Below are positions 22,569 through 36,290 of a stretch of 64,000 nt of DNA, piece by piece. The first letter of the stretch is position 1, and each line of letters begins with the position of its first letter. A program made the translations under genes and the position numbers. Location: positions 52,948,001 through 53,012,000 of the forward strand of contig JAGIQG010000014.1 of NCBI GenBank assembly GCA_024679065.1. The letters run 5' to 3'. The notes beneath the pieces are model-generated. The model saw only the letters and a program-made list of their open reading frames with translations. It was not told where the DNA came from and searched no databases. Source of the stretch: Sphyrna mokarran. Taxonomy: Eukaryota.

Positions 22569-25500
22569 ACAGTCAAAATTTTGGTTGGCCACTGTCTTAG
22601 GCAGTGATTCTGTCTCGGTACCAACTCAGGGATGAAAAGAAGGGGGTGTCTTTGTAAGGAAAATGCTGAAATCTGATAGTCAGTCTTCTGCAGAGTTGTG
22701 TTTTGATCATAGTATTTAGTTCAAACCATCTAGAGTCACAGGAGGGCCTGTGGATTTGTGATGTTTCTGCTCTGGGTGGGGTAGATAAATACATAAGTAC
22801 TATCTCCGCTGATTCTGGTCGGCGTGAGGAGAGGGGGGCAACACACTAAGCAAATAAATCAGTATAATCAAACAAGTGCATGATATCGGCCGAAGGAAAG
22901 GAAATTATAGATACAATTCGTTTGGTTCGCAGCTGTCCTTGCGCCTGGATCTTGCCTGCCAGGGGAAACTCGGGGGACAAATGTATAAGAACTGCTTTTT
23001 GCTAATTAACCGTCAGATTTCATCTTAAGAATTTTTTTTGAATTTGCTAAATTCAGGTGGAGAAAAGATTCTAATTTTTGGAACAGGGTACAGGAGACTA
23101 AGAACATCTTTGCAAAGTCGTGACCAGAGCAACGTGATGGAATGTGCAGTGGCTATTCAGATTTGTACACGGAATGTGACTAATATTCTCAGAGATTTTC
23201 TCTTGCCCTCCATAGCTGGCGCCTGGAAAATAATAGGCGGTTTCAGGCAGTCAGTTCGCTTCTGGAAAGGAGAAGCTGGTCATTTTGACCTAAAGAAAGT
23301 CATTTACTCGGAGCTTTCTTTTATTACGGCCGCCAAACGCCCGCTTCCCAATCAAAAGTCAATGTGCTAATTAAAATGAATTCTTTGACAGCGATGGCAT
23401 ACACAAGGCTACTGCAATAGCTGTTGGGATTTACTGAAATAATGCCAAATGCTAACTCGGCACAGTTGCAGCAAATAATCTTTGTGCAGTCTATGTCCCC
23501 TTAAATTTACCATTTCTAACCAGTGAGCTGACTGAAGCCAGTGCCGATCCTACACAAGAGGCGGTAATTACTGAGCACGTTAATGATTCTGTCGAGCGAA
23601 ACTTATTTTCAGCAAATTTCTCTCCCGCCCGTGTCTAATTATTTGGTTTCATTGCTTTATCAGAGATCTAAATTCGGCACGAAACGGAAACATCAGTAGA
23701 AGAGGTCGCCCTTCTCTGCAGATTCAGGTAAGAGATATTTCTTTTATTCACCCATCTGTGTGTCCTTGGCGACCGTGTTTCCCCGAGTGGACATTCTTTG
23801 TCGAGCTGCTTTGGAGGAAATGGACACTCGATTCGGGATAGGCTCTTCTCACTGAAATTGCAAAATATCGCAATGGAATGTAGTCAAATCAATTGATCGC
23901 TCATAACCAGAGGCCAGGAAAGGGGTCCCTCTTGAGTCACTGCCTGTTACAATTAATTAACTGCGCGTTAAATGAATTCTACTTTGTCGAACGGTTAGTT
24001 TGTCTGTGCGTTAACGTCGCCGTTTTGCAAAAAGTGTATGTTAAAGCATGTTTTAAACGTGAAAGCACAAAGTCATTTAAGACTGGACAGTTCGTGCTTG
24101 AAATTCATAGGGCTCAGCTATTGATTTCTCATCGAAGTGTGCCTTTTGAAATGTGATGTTGAAGAGTAAACATAATTCTTTTAGATTTCTTTTAAAATGC
24201 TTTCCCTGTGAAAAGACCACGTACAGATTAACAAAAAAAAAGACCACGGTTAACTCCTGGTGCGTCAGCCTTCTATAATAAAATTTGACATTAACTTTAC
24301 TTAATTATTTTACAAATTGAATATAAAATAGGGACCAAATTAATCTATCAGAAATCACAACCCCCACTGAGTTGGTATTTATTAAGGATCTTATTGGTGT
24401 TCTAAACGCTGAGGTTAGAAATTGATAATATTGTTAAAGTGTTGAACAAATTGTTCCTAAGATACTTAGTTCAGTTTGCTTTTGAACATTGAAACAAATG
24501 CTCTCTCACATTACGGAAACTCACAGAATATAGAAATACGTTTGGAGACCGCACCTTCAAGGCGGGGGGGGGGGGTCTATCCAACTAAGCAAGTCAGGGT
24601 GGAAATTGAAATAGATTAATCCAAAAATTAATATTAAAAGGATATATTTCCACTCATTGCAGTTATAAACAAATGATACAGCCTACACAGAATAGGTAAA
24701 GCCTCTGGACTATTACATACCCCATTGTCGTAAAATAATGAAATGTGTTCGTATGTTCAATGATAATCATCTTCACTATGCACTTGTCACTATGGCTGCA
24801 ACTGTAAAAAAAATGCTTGAGGATCAAAGAAAACAAACCCATATACCTGAAGGAATTTGCCCTTCTGACTTACCTCCATAGAATTCTAATAAAGTTTCAA
24901 TAAGCAAAGTAAATTGCCTTTTAGTCATTTCTGACAATGACATATTTTGACTAAAAAGCCTGACATTGACAATTGACTGAGGTTGTGTAACTAAGTTGAT
25001 TACATCAGAGTGATGAAAATTCCTTTTTAAAAAAATAGGATTGGAAAAACTCTCTCCCACAGCTGCAAAACATTCAAAATGCTGACTGATACGTATACTT
25101 TATTGGTCCATATTTCTTTTCGGATTATCAGTAACGTGTTTCCTAGTTGTGTTAAATTTAAGTTCAATTTTTCTGTGAATTACATTTTATTCTAAAAGCT
25201 AAAATTTCTCACCCATAAAAACTGTAATTTGGTAAAATAAAATCAAGTGTCAGAAATCAGAATGTTATTTTAGTGGATAGTTATTTTATTTTCATCTTCC
25301 TTTCATTGACATTCTATCTTCTCAATTTAACAAAGACATCAAATGAACAAATATAGTACCAAAAGTGTATAGTATCTCTGTAGTAATATTGCTTCCCACC
25401 AGTACAAAATATAACAATCCCCTTGTCTTGTTCATTAACATCAAATATAGTAGAAAAAATTAAGTGGTTTCATCAACCTGGCAATATGCTCTGTGCCTCC

Positions 25501-27609
25501 TTTCATTCCTGTTAATTTTTTTTCAAAGTGCAGTTTTTTTTTAGATTGAACATGCAATAACTCACTTCCAATCACATGCTGCAGAGTTTATGTGAAACTG
25601 GTATGTCACTAATGCATTTTGATGAAATGGGAAAGGAAATTCTGCTTCCTGAGTATGCCAGGCACCCTGGGGAGGAAATCTTACCATCAGTGCATCCTCA
25701 AAAAAATCAAGAATTATGATTAACTTCAACACCTATTTTGTTTTTTTTTCATTTACCTACTCCTGTTTTATTTGTTTTGCTTAAGCTGGCAAGAGATACT
25801 AAATAGGAGGGGTTACTGAGCTTAACAGTGTGAGATAGTTGAATTATCATCAGGAGATACTGATGTCAAGACAGGATTCTTCAGTTAGTTCAAATCTATA
25901 TTAATGACCTTCACACTGTTGAGTGCAGTATCTCCTCCAAGCCAATTGACATATATAATCTCTTTTGCTTTACTCTGTCAGAAAGAGATATATTAGTGTG
26001 CTTATTGATACCTTTCAGTCACCTTTTGTTACCATGGCTTAATGCTTTGAAACTATTGGTTTTAGGCAGTCAAGAAGCTGACATTTGGCGTAGAACTCCC
26101 CTGATGTGACACCAGGATGTTTTTCCCTGATAACATGATGGGTGAGAACTCTGGACAGTACTTCGCTATTCAAAAAGTTACAGGCGGAAAACCTATAGTG
26201 ACACATTTAAGGAATCTCTTTGCAAAATGTTTACTCTCAAGCCATAACCTTAAAGCAAGAAACACAATAATAGCGGCAACCGAGGCTGCATTTATATTGA
26301 TGTTTTGATGCAAAGTGATTTTGGCTGGTTTTCGTTGTAAATGTGCTGTTTACAAACAAACTCAGTTATCACTTAAGACTGCCCTGAAGTTCAAAATGCC
26401 AATTAGGCTGCTGCACACCATTTTATGTTCACAAACAACACAAAATAAATTCAGTCTGCAAGGTACCAATAAATGTACCTTCTTTTGGACATTTTGTATT
26501 ATTTGATATGGGAGTGGAATGCATATCCTCTTGAAGTGGATTAAGTACATTTTCCACTCATTAACAAATTTAGTCGTTGTTTAATTAATATCTGAATGGT
26601 GCGATCACTAATGGAATTGATTTGAAAAATGCCCAGGTACAACAATTCATCCCACTAGATAACCAATGGTCACATTATTATTAATGCAATGCAAGAGCAA
26701 ACAAGATCATGAGCATAGAAGCATTGAATTGCAATGCAGTCCTTTTATCTATAGACTTAAGATATCTATCCAGTTTGATCCACAGTTTTATTTTTCTCTC
26801 TATAACTCTCTGTCTTCTGAAAACATATTATTTTGTGAACAAAATGAGTTTGGATGTGATTCAATTCAGTTCCTAATGAATATGAGTTCATAACATAAAC
26901 TACCCACAATTCTGCCTAAATTGCAATTAAATTGACTGGTTCAATCAAGGGTTGTTTAATGTAGGAAATAATGTAGGTTCAGTAGGAGGGACGCTTAGGG
27001 CACATTGAAGGAACAGTAGCTCTGGTTTCTATGTGTACCAATCTTGTAAAGACATTTATTTTCAATGCATTTGTAATGCCACTACACATAGTAACTATTT
27101 CTATAGACATTGTTGGGACCTTATATATGATTGTGCTATAGTTGACCTGGGTGTGCGTGATGTTGACATTTGCTTGAGAAGTTTTTCATTGCCTTAAACT
27201 AACATCCTGCACTTCAGTGAGTATAGAGAACCAATTAAACTACAAATTTAAAATAAAAATGTGTGGTTCTAGAGCTAATATGCAATTCTATGATGCAGCA
27301 AAAAATAACTAAATATTAGATTATATGCAAAGCTAAAAAAGAGAAATATGCATTTTTATATTGGTATCCCATTGTATATTTTATAACCATTCTTGTTTTA
27401 ACTCATGCCTTTTAGATTTATTTTTATCTGTCGTTATTTCTATAGAATATTTTATTTCTCTCACTCTTTCTGCCATCTCCTGGTCAAAAGTATAGGCATG
27501 CCTCTGAAGATTCTACTGTCAAGCCACCTTCTAGATGATGGATAGTAGTTTATTACCTTGGTATTGAATGCATATCTGTTGAATGTATATCTTTGTTCAG
27601 CATTTGCCT

Positions 27610-28200
27610 GTTACAGCAACAATTTGCATTAGTATCTTTAACATAGTAAAACTATCCAAAGATTCTTTGCAAGAGCATTATCAGACAAAATTTGACTCAA
27701 TAGACAAGGAATATTAGGGTAGACGGCCAAAAGCTTGGTTTTCAGCATCGTCTTAAAGAAGTGCTATGAGGGTGGAGAGCTTTAGAGAGGAAATTACAGA
27801 GATTAAGGTAAATGAAGGCTATAGCTGTGAATGTTGCAGTAATGTACATTGGAAATGTATAAGAAGGTGGAACTAGAGAAACAGAGAGATCTTGCATTGT
27901 TGTAGGACTGAAAGAGGCTGAGGAGAGAGGAGATCTGAAAGATTTGAAAACCAGGATGAGAATTTTATAATTGAGGCATTGACAGAATAAGAGCCAGTGT
28001 AAGTCATCAAGCATAGAAGTGATGGTAAATTGTATTTGGTGCATGTTAGAAGATGAACAGCAGAGATTTTGATCTGAAGTTTACAGAGACTACAAGATTG
28101 GAGGTCAGCTAGGAGTGCATTGGAATAGCCACGTTTAAGGGTAACAAAGGTAGAGATGAAATCTGGAAGTTGCCATTGTCGAGAAGCCTGTGCATGAATC
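27610..28200 (-). mobile_element. L2-clade LINE 3' remnant
   Basis: Minus-strand ITSMLDDLHWLLFCQCLNYKILILVFKS, the same family motif as the 16.2 kb remnant. Confidence 0.75.
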
Positions 28201-31200
28201 CAGATCTTGGCACTGTAGCACGGCATGTTAATGTTTTAAAGTGGCATATTAATGTTCCAATATTGCACTGTTTCATCTTGGTTGTTTGATCCTATTAAAT
28301 GAGAGAATTTTAATAACTTCCATATGATTACTTCTAAAACTTCAAAATATACACTGCATTCAATAAAATTTAATTGCATTAAGACAATTGATGCTTTACA
28401 CAGCTGTATGATTTCTCTTGTTAACAATTAATACCTGAAACTATATAGTTATTTGTAATAGAAATGTTAGTCTTTTAAACTACAATTAAATTTTTACTTT
28501 TAAATTACAACTAACATTTTATTATATTTATATAGCATGTCTGAGGATTTCAAAATATTTTAACATTATCTCCTAATGTAATTTCTAAAATATATGTCAT
28601 TGCTAGAGTGTAGCAAATATTTCACTCAGAGATGAATCTTAATATTCATTATTCATGTCTCATCCAATCAGCTTTATTCATGCAAATTATATATTACATT
28701 CTCTGTACATTTTTCATAATAAACATGTAGCTAAAGCAGGTTGGGTAAGCTCTGATATTTCTGTTTTATGTTTAATAGAGCCAAAAATAAAGATAATATT
28801 GTGGCATAGATGTAAGACATAACAATTCCAACCAGTTATGGCATAGTGCAGGAGACATTATGACAGTGCTTACATATGGTGGGTGCCTATTTGCAACCAT
28901 CCTGTCAAAAAGATGTGACAGGAAAGCAAAAATATATGTATATTACCATAAATTCGCATTTTCTTGCACATAACATAAGAATCACCAGCAGAAACTTGAA
29001 AGCACAGAAATTGCCAATCTATACCCTCAGACTATACTATTCCGGGAGAATCCAAAATGTGGGACTGTTAAGTGCAAGATAATTACCAATTAATCCAATA
29101 GGGAAACAAAGATTTGTTTTTATTCAGAGAGTAATACAATGTCTCAGGAAGTGATTGAGGTAAAAAGTTCATATGCTATCAAAAGAAACTAGTTAAGTAC
29201 ATAAGGTAAAAGAGAATTGAAAGATATGTTGAAACTGAGATGAGACAATTGAAATGGGAGGAGACTCTTGGGGTATAAGTACCAGCGCAGACTAATTGAG
29301 TGCATCTTTCTGTACTGACTGTATAGTTCATGTAATTCTGTATTGAGCCTGATAATAAAGTGAAACGGGAAAATATATTTTAAAATTAAATATAGATTGA
29401 ACATTTAACATTCATTCTCCATAGATTCTCATTATAAATTGGTTAAGGTCTCATATACAATTTAATATTTTACTTTTCCAGAAAATGGCACAATAAAGTT
29501 AGTGTAATAATAAAAGTTAAACAATACAGCTAAGATCTTTTCAATGCATTTGATCTGCACCCATTCTGCTCCACATTTTCAGCTGTAGTACTTTGAAGAC
29601 ATTTGGTGTATATTCACTTGACCAAACAGCTTATCATGCAAATTAAATGATCACTGACATTGACTGTAGCAACAGCTGACATCCCGAGAGCCCAAGGACC
29701 ACTAACATGAAAGTGAACCTTTCACTTTCTTACAGTATAATATTGCACAAGGACTGTGCAGTCCACAACTGCTGCTGTTAGGTGTTATTTTAACCTCGCT
29801 GCTCATTTTCTGTATACACAGAAAACTTTTAAAGATCAACCATTGTTCGAGTCTATTACTTTCACTACAGTTATCTAAAAATTGATTAACAATCAAAGTT
29901 TCCCTGATATATTACTGTATAAAACAGATCTTATGGTGTATAGTTCATCTTCTATTTTCTGATTACTGTCTCAATATTCAAGTATGTTGCTGTTGACTAT
30001 TTATAGAATCTAAAAACATGAATAAAAGTGAAACTTATGCACCAGATTTTATACAACAGCCACCAAGCACCTATTATTATTGTTTCATTAAAATGTAATA
30101 ATTAAAACATGCGCAGATTTTTTAAATGACTTTTTTTTAGAAATATTGGTTTGTCAGAACAAGGGATATCAATGGATAACAGTGCCCCTTTCACAGAAAG
30201 GCATGAATCTGATCTTAATTCAATAAAGCTCAAATTACTGCTTCTCCATTATTAAATCCATTTACAAACTATATGAATGAAATACATTTAAAAACTATAT
30301 ATGTGCACTACACACAAATATTCACACATAAGGTATTTGATCACTTCAGCTGGTACGTTTGTTTTTTGGGTTAGATTTATTTTCAGAGTCTGGCTAACTT
30401 AATTGTCTTTAACATTCAGTGTAACAACTTGTACCAACTTCAGGCAGGTGCCTGCTGAGTAGAATTTAGCCCTAAGATCTGGCCAATTGACTAGAAAAAA
30501 AAAGTTCTTGGCTCAACACCCATTTGGCTGAAGCCATTGGTTCAACAATTTCTAATCTGTTAGCATTCAGAAGGAGATTCATCCAACTCTTGTAGTTCAA
30601 CATGATGGAGTAACTTCCCACCTTGCCATAACCATTGATCTGAATGTAAATCTTACCCAAAATTGCAAGTGTTTCCATCTGCTGGTGTTTCTGCTTAAAT
30701 TTATTTCCATATCACCAAATACAAACTCTTCCATAAACCAGCACAAACAGGCAGTGGTTTAAAACATTTTATTTTGCTTTTGAAAAATTATTCCTTGATA
30801 TATTTAAGATTCGTAACTTGGTGTAGTTTGCTTGATACAGCTGAAAATGGGTCTATCAAAAAAAATTATGCATTTAATCAGTAATTTGTTTAGCACTGGT
30901 GAATAATTTTAAATTACTGAAAATTTCTATAAGAAAATATAGAACCATTTGCTAGGTATATTGGGAGACAGTAGACAGTCCCTTAAATTAAAATATATAA
31001 ATCCAAAAGCTTCTAAAGCATGTCTATTCATGTCCTTGCACCCAAAAGCACCAACTGATTTTTTAGAAGTTTCTCTGAAGGCCACCCAAATTAGCACAAT
31101 TAGTGGAAACTCACTTTGAGGATTGATTTGTTCTGGAAACACAACCAGTTTTTATATTTACTATGCTCAATTTATTACATTGAACTAATTCTCCAGTCTT

Positions 31201-32871
31201 CTATGCTGGTTTTGCCAATTTTGGACAAATTTCCCCCAAACATTTACAACTTGGCAGAAACTCCTAACTAGTATTTCCACTCAAAAGGAATTTCACCTTT
31301 CCATAAGCTATAGCAATCCCATAAATTGCTGTTGTTCGGATATTTTCACACTTATCAATATCCTTTTATGGGACTGAGGGCACATGTGAATGGGTCAAGA
31401 ACCTCCCCATCGGAATTATGTTTAATAACGCAATCCTGTTATCAATACTTTTTTGACATGGAAATTGTATAAATTATGATTGTTCCTGGGTTCTGCTTAA
31501 CTCAGTTGGCTAGATGACTAGCACGTGGATCAGATGAATCCCAAAAGCGCAGGGTTCAATCCTTATTCTAGCTGAACATAGGGCCTGTTTCCTCACTCTA
31601 GCCATGTTAAAATAATCATTCCACTTTAACTTGGTTCAGCAAATAAGCACCAAGGGCTGCCTTCAGGCAGAGAACTCGAGAAAAATATGTCTCTTTCAAA
31701 GAAAGACTATCCTCATTACTGCCATTTGCAATCTAGAAGGCGGTGCAGACAAATTGATATGGCTTGCTTGTTGGGGGGATAGTGAGTAATGGAATTCCAC
31801 TAGGGTTTGTTCTGGCTGTTTGCTTTCTGTATTACTCATAAGCATTTGCATTTGCTTTTTACACTACTCATAAGGCCGGTACAGGAAATATAATATGTTA
31901 TGTACACAGTTGATGCCTGTTCATTTCTAAAGTCAGAGGGAAAAAAGTAAGAATACCATCATCTGCTGAAAATACGTAGCCAATGTTAAGATTTATTATT
32001 CAAATTAATGATTAGATGTTTTTTCTTGTTGTATTCCTATATAACTTTGTGTTAAAGTTACTTTTGAAATACTAAGTGCAATTCAGATTCCCTACACTTA
32101 AAAAACATAAATTAATGCAATTAAATTATTTAGAGAATTGGACATTGAATTCAACAAGGGTTATTTGGGGATCTAAGACCTCTAAATTTTGACAGGGAGC
32201 TAATCAAATTAATTTGCTTCGATTGAAGAAAAGACAACTAAAAGAGGACAATTATTTAGATTTTATCATGCTGAAATACATAAATTAGATGATTGCATTT
32301 GCATTATTTAATTCAAAATAAGATCACAAATTTTGAAATCATGGATTCATGATTAAGACTACAGTGAAATGGGAAACTGAAGATTTGTTCCACAGCAGTA
32401 GCAGACTTGCGGACTCCTAATGGGGATCAATTATACAGTGCTTGTTGCTTTCTTTGAATAACAGCTGGTTAAATATTTGGTTAAATTGAGATTAAAATGA
32501 TAAATGCAGGGTGTAGTTATCAATTACTCCTTGGGACACTAGGTTCCAGTCCTAACAGAGCTGTGAGAATGTTACTTGTGGAATGTAACATGGTCACAGT
32601 TGAATAATATGGATTTTAACATAGGAGTAATATCTGAGATAATCTTCATAAACCAGGAAGAGTTTTATTTTCTTGATGATGTAGCAGATTATGATTGGAT
32701 ATCATAAATTATAAATTTGGATTAATAATGTGGCATTTTGCTTGATTTCCTTTGAGCAACTCTCACAGGCCCTATATTATCCTAAAGGTTACTCTTGATT
32801 AGTTGGCTTCCTCACTTAATTGGGTAATGGTCATAACAGTGTAATTCTACATCCATGGAATAAATAAATTA

Positions 32872-32996
32872 GGCCAGAATTTTACCGCCCCACCTGCCAC
32901 TAGAATCAGAGCAAGCAAAGGGAGGAACATGAACAGGCCATTGGTGTTGGTGGGATTTTATGGTTTTGGAATGAATGAGGCTGTAAAGTCCCATCC
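32872..32996. mobile_element. Harbinger-type MITE, reverse-complement relative of 9012-9136
   Basis: ggccagaattttaccgccccacc...ggattttatggttttggaatgaatgaggctgtaaagtcccatcc aligns by eye to the reverse complement of the 9012 element. Confidence 0.7.
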
Positions 32997-33049
32997 TGCA
33001 GGTTGAATGTCTCTACCTGTTCCATGCTTCTTTAAAAACTGTTGAAAAT

Positions 33050-33530
33050 ATCAGACCAATGACCTTTCTCTTTTTCATACTTCTTCATGTTGAATTGACT
33101 GCCACAGAAAGTAGTTGAGTCCAAAATGTTGTCAGATTTCAAGAAGGAATTAGATACAGTTTAAAGTTTTTAAGTTTATTGTTGTTAAAAGTAGGCTTAC
33201 ATTAATACTGCAGTGAAAATACTGTGAAAATCTCCTACTTGCCAAACTCCAACACCTGTTCAGGTACACTAAGGGAGAATTTAGCATGTCCAATGTAAAC
33301 TTTGCACTGACAATGGCCGAAGCCAGGTCCCTGACACCATGAGGCAGCAGTGCTAACCACTGTGCCACCGTGCTGCCCCACATAGCTCTTGGGGCTAAAG
33401 GGATGAAGGATATGAGGGGAAAATGGAATCAGAATATTAAATTTGATGATCAGCCATGATCAAAATGAATGGCGGAACAGGCTTGGAGGGCCGAATGGCC
33501 TACTCCTGCTTTTATTTTCTATGTTTCGAA
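33050..33530 (+). mobile_element. CR1 LINE 3' end with a minus-strand V-SINE inserted at 33160-33381
   Basis: CR1 tail ttcaagaaggaattagata|..|gctcttggggctaaaggg...gggccgaatggcctactcctgct is split by the SINE. Confidence 0.8.
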
Positions 33531-35194
33531 AAACAATATATTAATAGCAAAAAAACTTTTGACATCATACCAATGGAATTTTTTCTTTAAAATGAACTTG
33601 TGCTCTGGGGTTCTATTTACAAAAAACACCACTGTACCAATGATCTAATTGATTAGAAATGACAAGATGCAGCATAATTTGTAAGTAAATGTTTAATCAA
33701 TATACCATTTAAAACACAGATATAGAGTCAAAAAACTTTTTTATTCTTATTGTATTTAGCTTTGTTCAGCATTCCTACTCCAGAGTAGTCTTATGTCATT
33801 TTAACACTTGTGTGGTCTGATAGTCCTGCTGACTAGGAAAGATTTATTCCACACAATGGGATTATTATGTCTACACTTTCGTTTAATGTGATTGTATGAA
33901 TCTTATAAAAGAACAAAGTTATTAAATTTCCTCCTAAAAGCAGTCCTATACATTTCTAATTACTGCAGACACATTTAACTTTCTGAGGAGTTACATGTTC
34001 AGATTTTTTTTTAAATTGCTTAATAATCATTGGATTTCAAAAAACAGTCACACTGTTGAGGGACCAGATTTAACAGTATTAAGCCTCCATTCCTTCCTCT
34101 TTATGTACTTCTGATAAAAGTTTCATCAGTACATACTTACAGGGTCAAAATGACAAGCAACTTTGCGTGCTGTTGTCTTTTGAAAAGCTGGTTCCTTATT
34201 TTTGTACAAAGAATTTACACTTAAAAGCTTGGTTTCAAGAAAGCACATGCCAGCGTACACAAGTGGGAATGTGTAGCATTGTGCTAACTTTACCCATGAC
34301 AGCCACATCCCTTGAATGCAGAAACACATAACTTACACTTGCAGGCAAATGCAGTGAAAATTATACAGCTGTAGAGTGCTATATGTTAGGATGAACTGTA
34401 CTGAGTAATAGACCTGGGAGAGTGTGAAACAACAGATTAGTTTGGTGCAGTACAGACCTTGTGAAGTGCCTCTTCAGTTTGTTTTTGGGCTAGGTTGGTT
34501 ATGTCTGGGAATAGGCTTCATATCCCTCAATGCTTCTGCAATTTCAAGTTGCGGCTGGCAGAAATTTTACATGTAACACACAACACATTTGTTAAAAGGC
34601 GTGTTTGAGGGTTCCACAATGGGCCAATATATCTTCATTCTGTCAGGAATGACACTTGTGTGAGCTTGAAAATGGAAGACAGTTTATTTAGTTATGAGTG
34701 CTGATGATATCACTAAGATAATAACTAACTGAACCTAAGTGTATGAGGGAATTAAATAAACAAGTAGTCAGGCATTCATTGACTTTGTGATGATTTAACA
34801 AGTGTTGATGATTCAACTCAGTGTGTGTCAATGGAGTCCTATTAATTTGAGTTTGGAACCCTTGAGCTCAATATTCATTCACTGCAAGATGGCTTCAAAC
34901 CAACTTTTAAATAAATAGATCCAAAGACATTTGCTTCTGCATTAAAAAATAAATTAGTAGTGTTCATTTTATTTTAAAAAAACGTTCCACTGTGGTGATA
35001 CTTTTTAATCTTGTCTAATGCTACAAAGTGCATTTAGTACTTCCAAAAATTAGAATTTGTTCATTTTATTATAAAATATCAGAAAAATCATAAACCTCAT
35101 GATTTATTTGTAATATCATACATATTCATGCCATTAAGTTTACATATAAAAAATATAAGTCAGCTTACAGAATACATTTCAAATGCTCGATACT

Positions 35195-35690
35195 GCCAGA
35201 ATGTACATAGCAGCAGGAGAAAGCTATTTGGCCCCTCAAGCCTACTCCACCACTCAATAAAATCACGGTTGATCTGATGTAACCTCAACTCACATCCCTG
35301 CCTATTCACAGAGATGTTTGACACAAAAATCTGTCTTGCTCTGCTTAAAGACTCTGCTTCCACTACCTTTTCAGGAAGAGAGTTCCAGAGACTCACAACC
35401 CTCTGAGGGGGAAAAAAATCACTTAAGCTCTATCTTAAACGAGCAACTCTTTATTTTTAAAAGTGACCCAGTTTTAGATTTTTCAACAAGAGGAAACACC
35501 TTCTCCACATCCGCCCTATTAATACACCTCAGAATCTTAAAGGGTTTGATCAAATCGCCTCTAACTTTTCTAAACTCTGGTGGATCTCCAACCTTTCCTT
35601 ATAAGACAACCCACCCATTCCTGGTATAAGTGTAATAAACTTCCTCTCGACTGCTTCTAATGCATTTACATCTTTCCTTAAAGAAAATGT
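35195..35690 (-). mobile_element. CR1 LINE 3' fragment
   Basis: Minus strand RKDVNALEAVERKFITLIPGMGGLSYKERL and LWNSLPEKVVEAESL. Confidence 0.85.
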
Positions 35691-35729
35691 CAATACACCA
35701 GAAGTGGTCTCAATAATGTCCTTTTTGAT

Positions 35730-36290
35730 TAAATTTGATTTATTAACATACAGTGAAAAGTATTGTTTGTTGCACACTTTTCAGACAAAGCATACCATTC
35801 ATATAGTAGGAAACAAGAGAGTGCAGAATGTAATGTTACAGTCACAGCTAGGATGTGAAGAAAGATCAATTTTATGTGAGGTAGATCCCTTCAGAAGTCT
35901 GACGGCAGCAGAGAAGAACTGTTCTTGTGTTGGTTGATACATGTCCTCAGACTTTTGTATCTTTTTTCATGATGGAAGAAGGTGGAAGAGAATAAATTAT
36001 TAATGTTCATTTTATTTTTAATGATATTCCACTGTGGTGATACTCTTTAATCTTGTCTAATGCTACAAAGTGCATTTAATACATCCAAAATTTAGTATTT
36101 GTTCATTTTGGGGTGCATGGAGTCCTTAATTATGCTGGCTGCTTTGCTGTAGTAGTGGAAGTATAGACAAAGTCAATGGATGGAGTCTGGTTTGCATGAT
36201 AGATTGGGGCTACATTCACAACCTTTTGTAATTCCTTGCAGTCTTGGGCAAAGCAGGAGCCACACCAAGTTGTAATACAACCAGAAACAA
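35730..36290 (-). mobile_element. LINE 3' fragment with (tttga)-type tail; a related copy lies at 56130-56360
   Basis: Both loci share tttgatttatt..acatacagtgaaaagtattgt..gagagtgcagaatgta.tg..acagtca.agctaggatgt. Confidence 0.7.

Larger units (their letters stand above)
19200..24600. promoter_or_regulatory. CpG-enriched, retroelement-free block; candidate distal Pitx1 regulatory domain
   Basis: Visibly higher CpG frequency than the flanks, no recognisable SINE/LINE, no credible ORF. Confidence 0.5.

Noticed and set aside
31725-31750. CTCF site at caatctagaaggcgg (also acacaagaggcgg at ~23552)
   Set aside because: Mismatches in the core consensus make these too weak to call by eye.
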